Part shown: positions 52,381 through 64,000 of the stretch, piece after piece
How positions within the stretch are numbered: the stretch's first letter is position 1
Layout of the letters: every line of letters begins with the position of its first letter
Assembly: GCA_951406725.2 (NCBI GenBank)
Contig: OX597819.1
Coordinates: forward strand, 30,318,001 to 30,382,000
Source of the DNA: Octopus vulgaris
Lineage: Eukaryota
DNA: 64,000 nucleotides
Direction of reading: 5' to 3'
The notes under the pieces: model-generated
Told to the model about the DNA's origin: nothing
What the model saw: the letters and a program-made list of their open reading frames with translations, nothing else
The model's database searches: none
Translations under genes and position numbers: made by a program

Positions 52381-52904
52381 CTAGCAGTATCGCCCAGCAT
52401 TGCTCAGGTTTGTAAGGGAAATAACTATATAAGCATTTTTAGAGAGTTATAGCCAAAACATAGCAAAAAAATGCATTAAAAATGGAAAAAAAATTATGGT
52501 AATTTTTTTTTAAAATCGTTGACTCATCGTAGACATTTTTAGAGAGTTACTTCCCTTATAGCGAAAAATATGCATTAAAATGGAAAAAATTATGGTAAAT
52601 TATTTTTAAAATCGTAGACTCATCGTAGAGGCGCAGTAATACCCAGAAGGGCTCGATATGAATCACGACTATAAGATACCCGGTTTTGGTTAAACTGCAT
52701 CGCAAAATGGAAAAAAATGATGGTAAATTATCTTTAAAATCGTAGACTCATCATCGTAGATGCACGCTAATACCCAGAAGGGCTCGATATGAATCACGAC
52801 TATAAGGTACCCGGTTTTGGTTAAACTGCACCGCAAAATGTGGGAGTAGTTAGGAATCTAAATCGTAGGAGACAGACACACAACTTCACTTTTATATATA
52901 AAGA
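52381..52904 (-). mobile_element. Complete non-autonomous Helitron with internal duplications
   Basis: Minus strand a|TCtttatatataaaagtg ... cctgagcaatgctggg hairpin ... gCTAG|t; AT insertion site with no TSD. Confidence 0.88.
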
Positions 52905-53259
52905 TAATAAAAGCATTGCTTGAAATGACCAAGACCTAAGACATAAAAAGACAATTGTACATTATTGAATGTCTAACACGATTTTGACTTCTTAGTTGCA
53001 TTGTTTGCAATTAAAATAACATTGTTAAAGACAGACAGCCACAGCAAATACCTGTAGGGAAAGACTGGATGTTACAACAGCGAGATGAACAACTACAACA
53101 AAGAAAACTCTTATTAACTAGACATGAAAACTTTTATAATTAGAAATGTACTGAAAAGTTAAGTGAAAATAAACTGTCACAGACATCATTCCAAGTACAT
53201 GATTCTGATCCAAGGAAGAAGTTCCACTGGATCGAACTAACAAAGGCTGCCATCACTGA

Positions 53260-53658
53260 CTCTTTTACTTGTTTCAGTCATTTGACTGTGGCCATGCTGG
53301 AGTACCGCCTTTAGTCGAGCAAATCGACCCCCAGGACTTATTCTTTGTAAGCCTAGTACTTATTCTATCAGTCTTTTTTACTGAACCGCTAAGTTACGGG
53401 GAGGTAAATACACCAGCATCAGTTGTCAAGCGATGTTGGGGGACAAGCACAGACACACAAATATATACACACATATACATATATATACATATATACAACG
53501 GGCTTCTTTCAGTTTCCGTCTACCAAATCCACTCACAAGGCTTTGGTCAGCCCAAGGCTATAGCAGAAGACTCTTGCCCAAGGTGCCATGCAGTGGGAAT
53601 TAACCCAGAACCATATGGTTGGTAAACAAGCTACTTACCACACAGCCACTCCTGCGTC
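53260..53658 (-). mobile_element. SINE family A, full length
   Basis: Reverse complement matches 1381-1780. Confidence 0.9.
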
Positions 53659-53869
53659 TGAATAAGATTTTTGAAGAAATGGAATTGCATTTTAATGGCA
53701 ATAACCAAAACATAGTCAGTACTCATTGTTATATTATCCTTAATTACCTGATGAGCAATATCAACTTGTTGCATCATATTATGCTGTTGATATAGATCTG
53801 AAGGCAGAAAAGGCAATCTAAACACGATTTGTTACAGACTATCATACATCCATCAGATTCTCAGGTAAC

Positions 53870-55560
53870 TTCTCAACAGAGTCAACTATTTGCCGAGGCT
53901 TTTTCTACTATTTTCAAACAAGATGATGGTCGTGAACCCCCTCCATTTGATAGATCGGTACCTCCAATGCTTCGATTGATCATCACGTGGGACCAAGTCA
54001 AACGTGTTATTCAAGGCCTCGATGTCAACAAGGGTCACGGCCCTGACGGCATACACCCACGGGTTATCAAAGCGTTGGCTCCGGTCATCTGCGAGCCCTT
54101 AACACGACTATTCAATATGTCATTGGCGACGGGTGTTATACCTGCAGACTGGAGAACAGCGATAATCTGCCCAATTTTCAAGAAAGGGAGCCGCGAAGAC
54201 CCGCTTAACTACCGACCGGTTTCCCTTACATCAATAATCAGCAAGATGTTCGAAACCATCCTTAAGAAAAGTATGATGCTCCACCTCCTAAGCACAGCCT
54301 CGATCACTGATTCCCAACACGGCTTCGTGCCGAAGAGATCATGCTTGACCAACTTACTAGTAATGGAAGAATTGGTGACGCGCATCCTCGATGATAGTGA
54401 TGCTGTTGACATCGTTTTATTGGACTTTGCCAAAGCTTTTGACTCGGTAAACCACCCCTACTACTTGTCAAGCTTCAAGCATATAGTTTCCATCCGGATA
54501 TTGTACGATGGGTTGGTGCCTTCCTCTCAGATCGCTCCTTCCAAGTTCAAGTTAATGGTTCGCGGTCCGACGTCTCCAGTGCGAGCAGTGGCGTGCCTCA
54601 AGGTTCAGTGCTTGGGCCCTTGTTGTTCTTAGTCTTCATAAATGACTTGCCCGACGACCTCACGCAACACACCCTTCTATTTGCCGACGATATCAAACTG
54701 GTCGCTCCTCACGGTAGTACAGAGGATCTTCGTCGATGCCTCCACCAAATTTGGAAGTGGTCTAACGATTGGGACCTGTGTCTGAACGTGTCAAAGTGCT
54801 GTCATCTGCCTGTCGGCTCTACTCCTGCAACTCAACTTGATTTCGAGCCGGGTCGTCTGCTGCTGGAGAGGACCGATCAGGTAAAGGACCTGGGTATCTT
54901 GGTGGATTCCTCCTTTTCGCCTTCGGCCCAGTGCGTCCATGCTGCCAACAAAGCGCGCGGAATTCTGTTTTTGATTCGATGGTCATTCGGAATGCTCACA
55001 GCAGCCATATTCCTGCCACTCTATGTCACACTGGTGAGACCCATATTGGAGTATGGGATTCAAGCCTCTTCTCCTTATCTCCTCAAAGACATACAGCACC
55101 TCGAAAGAGTCCAGAGGCTGGCTACCCGCCTGGTTCATGGTCTCAAAAATTTGTCCTACGAAGAAAGGCTGAGGACGCTCGACCTTTATTCTCTTGAAAA
55201 ACGCCGCCACCGTGGTGATCTCATTCTCGCCCACAACATCATAAGCGGCAAGTGTAACCTCTCGAAAGAGCTGTTCTTCACTCCTGCTCCGGAGCGTCGG
55301 CTGCAGGGTCATTCCGAAAAGCTCTACCTGCGACGATTTCATCTCAATCGAAGGAGAGGAGCTTTCTCCGTCCGGGTTGCGGATCCGTGGAACAAGCTGC
55401 CAGACGAGATGGTGAAGATGCCGACGACCGCTTTGTTCAAAGCCTCCCTGGACCTCAAGTGGCCTGAACTCTTTACATGAACACCACCCTGTACTTAACT
55501 CCATGTCCCCCTACATGGCCTTGCTATTTGCTTTTGAGCCAAATTAACTAACTAACTAAC
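53870..55560 (+). mobile_element. Young 5'-truncated CR1-clade LINE; reverse transcriptase with one frameshift near 54455
   Basis: GPDGIHP, NYRPVSLTS, QHGF, DFAKAFDSV, PQGSVLGP, FADD, WNKLP motifs; (TAAC)n tail; GC/CpG-rich. Confidence 0.96.
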
Positions 55561-57001
55561 TTCAGACAGTGGTGTTGAAATTGTTTACAAGAACAATTTT
55601 CATTTATGTTACAGTCTGAGTTCAAATTCTACCACGGTCAACTTTATTTTTCATCCTTTAAAGGTCGATAAAACAAGTACCAGTTGAATACTGAGGTCAA
55701 TGTAATCAACTCACACCCCCACCCCGAAGTTGCTGGCCTTGAGCCAAAAATTAAAACCATTATGCAATGCCAGTCTTCAACAAAATGGTTGGTATTTTGG
55801 CAACTATTCCTGCTACACCACATTCTATAGAACACATTTCTAGCAGCTTCAGATGAATTGAGACAAGTCTGGAGAGTATGATGGGTAAAACCTGACTATA
55901 CAATAATGGCAATATTATATATTGTGCAAAAGCATGGCAACATGCATGTAGTGAACGTGTTAAATAATTGTTGCCACTAAGAAAGACAGAAACAATATTT
56001 CTTTTATATTATGCAATTTGAGTTAATTGTACCATTAGTTGATAAAAAGTCTTTCTTTTGATTAAAAATGAATGCCTGTGTGTTTTAATATCTACTGCAA
56101 GGCAACACTAATTTGGTCTTGCATAAGATAGCTGTGACGAAGTTTGCTTCAAATCACTTGGATTCATGTTCAATCACATAGCATGGCACTTTGGGAGAGT
56201 GTCTTCTATCATAGCTTTTGATTGATCAATACCTTGCGAGTGGAACCACTTCCAGCTGACACCACTTCAACAGAAGTGATGTTTAGTCCTACGTAAGCAA
56301 AAATAAAAATAAAAGTTCAAGGCCTCTGCTGTTCGAGTTACAAAGATTTAGAATTAAATTGTTGTAGTGTTGGAATCAGCAAGAGCACCTAGCCTTTGGA
56401 TAATAAGCAACAAGTCTTGTCCAACCCATGCACGCATGAAAAATAACAAACGTAAAAACGATAATTAAACGAAATTAAAGCAACTAAAGAAGTAAAACAA
56501 GGATAGAAAACTATATTCTAATATATTTAATAATTTACATACAGTAATTGGGCATATTTGTTTAAAGTGCACTTTTAAACCTCATTTCTTTTATTTATTT
56601 TTCAGATTCTGAATCTCTTGTTCAAAACAAGTAACCAAAGACCCTTCTAAAGACGGTATGGTTAAAGAATAAATATATTTTAGATTAGAAGAAGGTTTTA
56701 AAATTCCTGCTCAAACGAACAAAGATAATTGAAGAGGAAGCATAAATCAACTGAAATACAATATTCGTAAATTAAACGAATAATTTATTAGTTATAATCA
56801 TGTTTTCTTTGTATTTTTTCGGGGAGTGGGACTAGGAATTTTGTATTTTTATTTTTTTGTACCAGCTAAAAAAAGGTCCTGTAAGTTTTAGGAGAGTCAA
56901 AGTGTGATAATGGAAATAAGTTAATTTCTATCAACGAAGAATAGAAATCATATGCATGGGCTTGTCAAAAGTTTAACGAATGCACAGACACCCAGTTTAA
57001 A

Positions 57002-57004
<3 letters not shown>

Positions 57005-57049
<45 letters not shown>

Positions 57050-57096
57050 CGAACGCCACGCAGCCTTGTCCACAGTAAGTTCATACATACATACAG

Positions 57097-57155
<59 letters not shown>

Positions 57156-57294
57156 GTATATATATATGTATTCCGGTATTATATATATATATATATATAT
57201 ATATTCCGGTATTATATATATATATATATATCCGGTATTATATATATATATATATATATATCCGGTATTATATATATATATATATATATTCCGG

Positions 57295-57370
<76 letters not shown>

Positions 57371-57371
57371 G

Positions 57372-57407
<36 letters not shown>

Positions 57408-57410
57408 CGG

Positions 57411-57450
<40 letters not shown>

Positions 57451-57455
57451 CCGGG
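57005..57455. repeat. Compound (TA)n microsatellite with recurring tccggtat interruptions
   Basis: Direct inspection; 7 interruptions plus one inverted. Confidence 0.95.
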
Positions 57456-57479
57456 TTCGAGATGCTTAGCAGAGTTTCG

Positions 57480-58900
57480 AATGAGAAACACAAATGACAA
57501 AAATGACATTATCAGTATGACAGTTTGATCAGGCCACTATAAACGGGGGTGTTATAAAGATTTCTTTATTTGGTACAAGATCCGTAAGAGGCGAATATTA
57601 AACAGTTTAGAAACTAGTAAAATAGAATAACAATGCATCAGCGATTTCCATCCTCCTTCAAATCGCCGACATGTTATTTTTGGGCTCTGTCCCATAACAA
57701 TCTACTGCGAAATACTACAATTAGATGCTTCAATCTGACATACTTTTATAGCCAAATCATCGTAAACTCATATCGCAAAATAAACTCATTCTAATCTAAT
57801 TATTAATACAAGCATGCCATCCAAAACGTTCCATGAAACAAGTGGCTACTTAATTGTTTTTACAGGACAGGACAACTCGCATAAAACGAGGTATCCGCCT
57901 TCATCTCTAACCATGGGCCCGAGAGGTTGATATGTAGGACGACATTCCGCTCCGTCCACACAACTATCTTTGCTTACTCAGCGACCACATCCGAACAACG
58001 GACTAAAATATTTAGTAAACATTTACCGTTGATTAGAAGCGATCGAACGAATAAAGTATTAGCGCATGTACGTACACGTGTATTTCAAGGCGGTTTCGTT
58101 CATTCATTTAAAGACGGTAAAAATTGCTTTCCACATCAAAATACAAATAAAAATACAAGAGAAAATTTAAACAATATATACGTGTGCGAAGATATACAAA
58201 CAGTGAACTTGTAGAAAACAACACCACGATATAATTATATTTAAAATAGCTTCATACACATACTTTTTGTCTCTCTGTATTGAAAATATGGAATTATAAG
58301 TTAAGGTACTTTAGTTAGAAATACACTAACAAAATTAAATTACTTATGTAATTACGGGAAAGAGAGATTAACATATGAGATATTCACAAAAAAAAATTAA
58401 TAATAAAATGGTAAATACGACGACGCGAAGGAAAGAACCGATATCAATAAATACTCACTTTGTGCTGGTAATATTCCTGGTTCGGAGGCGAAACAAGGCA
58501 AAGAGACGTAAAATAATTTAAGTAAGTAACCAGAAGAAAAAATATAAGGTGTTTTAGACATCAATACACTATTTACTAAACAAGATACGAGTATGCGTGA
58601 CGCTTGTACAAAACTAGACTAACTATAAATGTATGGAAGCGATTGCTGAAACAAGAAACAGGATGGGAGTAATGATGGCCTCGGCTGAAGTCGAAGTTTT
58701 TATTCAACCCCTCCACTGCTACAACGACAGCCGCTACTATGAACTAAATTGAACTGTTGACGAATCTGCTCAAGATTATTATAATTGATACTACTACTAC
58801 TATCACTACTATTAGTAAATTTATTTAGTGTGATAGTATAATATAATCAGTTTAATAGAAATGGGGTGAAATTTTGCCGTCACGCTGTGAAATATTTAAC
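57480..58900. promoter_or_regulatory. CpG-retaining, promoter-like region
   Basis: CpG dinucleotides are frequent in unique AT-rich sequence here, unlike the CpG-depleted gene body. Includes gcgcatgtacgtacacgtg (palindrome plus E-box) at 58062-58080. Confidence 0.55.
58459..58755 (-). other. POR: Candidate non-coding first exon (5'UTR) of POR
   Basis: Strong donor CAAA|gtgagtat at 58458 inside the only long non-repeat CpG-retaining tract. Inr-like ACAGTT/TTAGTT near 58742-58757. The 5' end is an estimate. Confidence 0.55.
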
Positions 58901-59059
58901 TTTTTTTAATGACTGGGGTAAAAGCACTTAAAGCTAAAAAATCATGTGGTATTGTATTGATAATAGAATGACTAACTCAATGATCTCATGTCAAATATAT
59001 CAATAGCTTCATGTGTGCGTGTGTATGTACAAGGTGCAGTGAATAAATTGTCCAAATAA

Positions 59060-59216
59060 CGGAGTGGCTAAGTGGGAATTAACATGCTTACCAATCACAT
59101 AGTTCCGGGTTCAGTCCCACTGCGTGACACCTTGGGCAAGCGTTTTTCTACTATAGCCTCGGGCCGACCAAAGCCTTGTGAGTGGATTTGGTAAACGGAA
59201 ACTGAAAGAAGCCCGT

Positions 59217-59279
<63 letters not shown>

Positions 59280-59505
59280 TATATATATATATGTATGTAT
59301 GTTGGTGTGTTTGTGTTTGTCCCCTCACCATCGTTTGAGAACCGATGTTGGTGTGTTTACATCCCCATAACTTAGCAGTTCAGCAAAAGATAACGATAGA
59401 ATAAGTGCTAGGCTTACAAAAGAATAAGCAGTGGGGTCGATTTACTCAACTAAAAGGCGGTGCTCCAACATGGCCACAGTCAAATGACTGAAACAAGTAA
59501 AAGAA
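59060..59505 (+). mobile_element. SINE family A, followed by an internally deleted copy at 59533-59633
   Basis: Matches 1381-1780. Confidence 0.9.
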
Positions 59506-59647
59506 AAGAATAAAAATGAAAATAATACTGACATAGGCTGTGTGATAGGAAGCTTGCTTCCCAACCATATGGTTCCGGCTTCAGTCCGGAGCAAGTAGAT
59601 AGAAACTGAAAGAAGCCCATCGTATATATATATACAAGATACGAGTA

Positions 59648-60512
59648 TGCCGGTGACACGTAAAAGCACCGTCCGTTCGTGGCCGTTGGCCAGCTCTGTC
59701 TGGCCCCATGTCGGTGGCACGTAAAAGCACCATCCGTCCGTGTCCGTTGCCAGCCTTGGCTGGCCCCCGTGCCGGTGACACGTAAAAGCACCGTCCGCTC
59801 ATGGCCGTTTGCCAGCTCTGTCTGGCAACCGTGTCGGTGGCACGTAAAAGCACCATCTGTTCGCGTCCTTTGCCAGCCTCGGCTGGCCCCCGTGCCAGTG
59901 ACACGTAAAAGCACCATCCGTTCGTGGCCGTTTGCCAGCTCTGTCTGGCCCCGTGTCAGTGGCACGTAAAAGCACCATCCGTTCGTGTCCGTTGCCAGCC
60001 TCGGCTGGCCCCCGTGCCGGTGACACGTAAAAGCACCGTCCGCTCGTGGCCGTTTGCCAGCTCTGTCTGGCAACTGTGTCGGTGGCACGTAAAAGCACCA
60101 TCCGTTCGCGTCCGTTGCCAGCCTCGGCTGGCCCCCGTGCCGGTGACACGTAAAAGCACCGTCCGTTCGTGGCCGGTTGCCAGCTCTGTCTGGCCCCGTG
60201 TCGGTGGCACGTAAAAGCACCATCCGTTCGTGTCCGTTGCCAGCATCGCCTGGCCCCATGCCGATGACACGTAAAAGCACCATCCGTTCATGGCCGTTTG
60301 CCAGCTCTGTCTGGCACCTGTGCAGGTGGCACGTAAAAAACACCCACTACACTCGCGGAGTGGTTGGCGTTAGGAAGGGCATCCAGCCGTAGAAACACTG
60401 CCAGATCTGACTGGGCCTGACGAAGCCTTCCAGCTTCACAGACCCCAGTTGACCCGTCCAACCCATGCTAGCATGGAAAACGGACGCTAAACGATGATGA
60501 TGATGATGATGA
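59648..60512 (+). mobile_element. RTE 3'UTR with expanded ~61-bp VNTR (12 units alternating A/B) and (GAT)n tail
   Basis: cacgtaaaa recurs about every 61 bp from 59657 to 60330; tail is of the same type as 41320-41496. Confidence 0.93.
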
Positions 60513-60520
60513 TATATATA

Positions 60521-60912
60521 GTAGCTGATGTACCCGGTAATTCCCAGGAAAGCAGGGCTTATCCTTTGGTTCTATTCTCATACAAAGTATGTAGCCCTTG
60601 GTTCTATTCTCATACAAAGTATGTAGCCCTTAAAACAGTTTTTTTTTTTTTTTGCATTTACAGAGAATACCGAACTGTCTTACACAGGATCTTGTGTTTA
60701 GGAATTCCCAATAAGTTATGAATACCCAAATTGTGAAGTCAGTTATGTAATAATATGAAATTAGTTACCTGATAGTAAGAATTCAAATAAAGTAGCCCAA
60801 AAAGGGTTTTTAATGCATCCCCAAAGTATATAGAACTTAAGAGGTAATACTAATAAGGTATGTACACTAAAATCATTAAGCATGTTACATAACAGGCTAA
60901 TCAAATATGAGA
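60521..60912 (-). mobile_element. Possible non-autonomous Helitron
   Basis: Minus strand a|TCtcatatttg... and 3' cctgggaattaccggg hairpin then gctac (imperfect CTAG). Confidence 0.35.
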
Positions 60913-61164
60913 TAATGACAATTCAAAGTAAATAACTCTGAAAAGAGCTTTTGTGCGTTCCCAGAGAATATTACCCTCAGCAGCACTAGAGTTGGTATAT
61001 TCGTGAATAAGTCACTAACTGAAATAAGTGGATCTATTGCTTAGGAAAATACTATTTACTTGTTTAAGGGTTATACTGGATAAATTGTGAAAATAACTCT
61101 AACAGTTCAAATACGAAGAAATAAGCATACTCAATTTGATTTATACCAAATAATTTAGGAAAAT

Positions 61165-61298
61165 GAATGGGTTATTTCCCATGGCTGTTAAAATTAAATA
61201 TATTAGTTATATATAAAAATCCCTTCCAGGGGCGAATGGGTTATTTCCCTTGGCTGTTAAACTAAAATATATTAGATATATATAAGGATCCCTTCCAA
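61165..61298. repeat. 69-bp tandem duplication
   Basis: gaatgggttatttccc at 61165 and 61234. Confidence 0.9.
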
Positions 61299-62334
61299 GA
61301 GCCCTATTATCGATTTTGTCTGTGTGCTCAACATCTAAAGCGGTCTTTTATTCCTCCTCTTTAAAGAGAAGTTGTAGGCCACAAGCCATTAGGGTCTAAT
61401 GAGACATAAAGCTAAGTACTTTATGGAAGCAAAACCCTGGGTAGCCCCATAGGCCAGTCATAACTATCTTTATCTAAGTATAAATATATATGGACTTTCC
61501 CACCGAAGATGATGTATGAGTGTTCAGCAAAAGCTGAACAACCTACACAAATAATTTATTTATTGTGATCAAATACTTCATGAAATCCCTCCATGAAATC
61601 TACATTAGCTGTGCAGGTGCACAAGTGTGCAACATGTCAGATGTTGAAATGTTGCGTCACTTGTGAAGTCTCTCATGAGTGCTACTGGTAAAATGGAATC
61701 TAGTGCAACATGTTGTATGGTCAGATTGCAACCTGTTGCCTGATGAAGAAGGTTGCTAGAACCCCAGCAGGATAAAAAACAAGACCTGTCAAAAGGACAG
61801 ATGAACTTAGTGTAGGTTAAATGATTATCTATCAATAGCATGGGCCTTCAGAAATTCTAGGTTGGTGTCTGGCATGCTGGAAGACCATTGGGAGTGAGGC
61901 ACCTCTCAGCTTTTGTAAAAGCATGTCTCTAGGAGAAGGCCACTCTGATACAAAGCCAGATATGCAAGGAATGGCATTGAACATCTTTTGCTTGCACTTG
62001 AGATCATGACTCTCTCACATTCCTGAGCCTGCAACCCATAACGGCACTTGTTATCTTGCTCTGGTTTGTCTCTTGATAATCTTAGTAGAGTATAGTACAA
62101 GCCTTATTGGAGTTAAAATTTCAGGCTATGCAATCACCAGCAAGGCAACTATCCAATGTCCAGTCAAGTAGGAGAGCACCACAGTGAGCATGGAAGCTGC
62201 AGATGTAAACACAGGTGAAGCTGATTGCTGGTGCAATAACCTTATGCACAAGCATTACTGGTATTTTGCATGTGCAATGGTCGGTGATTGTCTTCTTTAG
62301 TCATGAGTAGATGGTCATGTTCAACTTTTAATCC

Positions 62335-62535
62335 CTACACGCTTTTTCTCTCTTCAATTTTTTACATTCTCTCTTCATTTTTTTTTTCTTTCTTAATCCT
62401 TTCTTTCTGTCAAAGAGAATAGGTTCAAAACGTCAAAGACATTTCCATTCTTCCTGAGCATTAAACTAATACACCTGCTTGTTGTTCCTTCACCTGTCTT
62501 TGTCTTTTGTTTTCTGTAAATTTGAACTATATATA
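62335..62535 (+). mobile_element. Penelope-like terminal repeat with decayed minimal hammerhead
   Basis: tcttt-CTGTCAA-agagaataggttc-AAAAC-GTC-aaaga embedded in pyrimidine-rich flanks. Confidence 0.45.
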
Positions 62536-62635
62536 ACTGTGTTTCTGTTGTATGTGAAAGGTGCTTTCTTTAATTAATCAAATAACAGCTCATAAGATTT
62601 TCGGTTATAGCTTTTATGAATGAAATTATTAACAT

Positions 62636-62915
62636 AGGATTTGGTAGACGGAAACTGAAAGAAGCCTGTCGTATATATGTATATATATATATATGTATGT
62701 GTGTGTTTGTGTGTCTGTGTTTGTCCCCCTAGCATTGCTTGACAACCGATGCTGGTGTGTTTACGTCCCCGTCACTTAGCGGTTCGGCAAAAGAGACCGA
62801 TAGAATAAGGACTGGGCTTACAAAGAATAAGTCCCGGGGTCGATTTGCTCGACTAAAGGTGGTGCTCCAGCATGGCAGCAGTCAAATGACTGAAACAAGT
62901 AAAAGAGTAAGAGTA
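62636..62915 (+). mobile_element. SINE family A, 5'-truncated
   Basis: Nearly identical to 1510-1770. Confidence 0.9.
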
Positions 62916-63327
62916 TAGGCTTTTTTTTTTTTGCTTTTGGACAGGGTATTTGTAAGTTGAGGTTTTTGTAATAAGAGGGTCTACCATGTTATTTTCTCAC
63001 ACTAAATAATTGAAAGACTGTCTCCAAAAATGTATTTTTGTCTACCTATATCTTGAGGTTACTATTAAAGCTGGTTGAAACAGTCATGCAGTAACTGTCA
63101 AACTTTTGTGAGTCTTACAGACTGAGGCAAACAGAGTTATGTACCTTGCTCAGAGCTTGGCTGTAAGCCAGACACGCTTAGACAAGCTAACTTATTTGTC
63201 TCGCCCCAAAACAAAATACAAACGCTGTTAGTATGGTTTCAATTCGAGCAATTTCAAGTTTGTAGTCACTACACCCCAAGGAAACACTAAGAACAAAGTT
63301 TCACAAAATATTAATCATAAAGGATCA

Positions 63328-63730
63328 GAATCGAAATCGATCAATGGAAATCGATCAATGGAAATTGCAGATGTGTTACCAGTGCCGGTGGCATGTAAGA
63401 GAACCTTCCGTTTCGCGACCGTTGCCAGCACCGCCCCGTTTCGTGTTCGTTGCCAGCCTCGCCTGGCCCTCGTGCCGGTGGCACATAAAAAACACCATCC
63501 GTTCGTGGCCGTTTGCCAGCTCTGGCTGGCACCAGTGCGGGTGGCACGTAAAAAGCACCCACTACACTCACGGAGTGGTTGGCGTTAGGAAGGGCATCCA
63601 GCCGTAGAAACACTGCCAGATTTGACTGGGCCTGATGAAGCCTTCTGGCTTCACAGACCCCAGCAGAACCGTCCAACCCATGCTAGCATGGAAAACGGAC
63701 GCTAAATGATGATGATGATGATGATGATGA
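63328..63730 (+). mobile_element. RTE 3'UTR fragment with 3 VNTR units
   Basis: Same units and tail as 41040-41496. Confidence 0.9.
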
Positions 63731-63828
63731 TCTTCTTTACAGCATCTTCTAAGTTTTGGCCAGTCTAATCTTTTCCATACTCTACATATCCTTGCAACTT
63801 GTTTTCTGTTGATTGAATAAATTCAGTA

Positions 63829-64000
63829 TGTGGAGGCACAATGGCCCAGTGGTTAGGGCAGCGGCATCGCGGTCATAGGATCGCAGTTTCGATTCCCAGA
63901 CCGGGTGTTGTGAGTGTTTATTGAGTGAAAACACCTAAAGCTCCACGAGGCTCCGGCAGGGATGGTGGTGATCCCTGCTGTATTCTTTCACCACAACTTT
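63829..64000 (+). mobile_element. tRNA-derived SINE family B, cut by the window end
   Basis: A box tggcccagtgg, B box gtttcgattcc; matches 20262-20643. Confidence 0.88.

Noticed and set aside
54983-55504. 173-aa minus-strand ORF
   Set aside because: Antisense shadow of the CR1 reverse transcriptase.
56952-57528. Ile/Tyr-rich ORFs (also 45240-45568 and 59095-59375)
   Set aside because: Artefacts of (TA)n microsatellites.
57973-58090. Alternative first-exon donor (TGA|gtaagc at 57977)
   Set aside because: Weak exonic context and no independent support; cannot be distinguished from chance.
59648-60345. CRISPR-like look: conserved ~24-nt hairpin repeat with ~36-nt spacers
   Set aside because: Spacers are alternating copies of two related sequences rather than unique. 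There are no cas genes, the context is eukaryotic, and the unit belongs to an RTE 3'UTR.
63630-63655. CTGATGA followed by a hairpin in RTE tails (also 60416)
   Set aside because: No GAAA after the stem, so it is not a hammerhead core.

Overview
AT-rich, repeat-dense eukaryotic DNA. The SINE and RTE repeat families look like those of Octopus (coleoid cephalopod); this is from recognition, not a database search. The window holds the 5' part of an NADPH-cytochrome P450 reductase gene (POR) on the minus strand. Eight coding exons (18554 down to 678) splice in frame through GT-AG junctions and encode the membrane anchor, FMN/flavodoxin domain, hinge and start of the FAD domain. The gene continues beyond the left edge. 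A CpG-rich region at about 57.5-58.8 kb has a strong splice donor and is a candidate promoter plus non-coding first exon, implying a ~40 kb intron 1. The rest is transposon debris: three tRNA-derived SINE families, RTE and CR1 LINE fragments, a full-length dead mariner, a DD37D-like Tc1/mariner, hAT and piggyBac MITEs, Helitrons, a gypsy LTR/gag relic and minisatellites. I found no convincing novel multi-gene system. The most notable observations are several long intronic foldbacks (possible ADAR substrates), two hammerhead-like Penelope-type motifs, a UGCAUG-saturated minisatellite between two frame-symmetric exons, a TACGTG-rich RTE-derived VNTR upstream of the putative promoter, a spliced uORF and templated local insertions.
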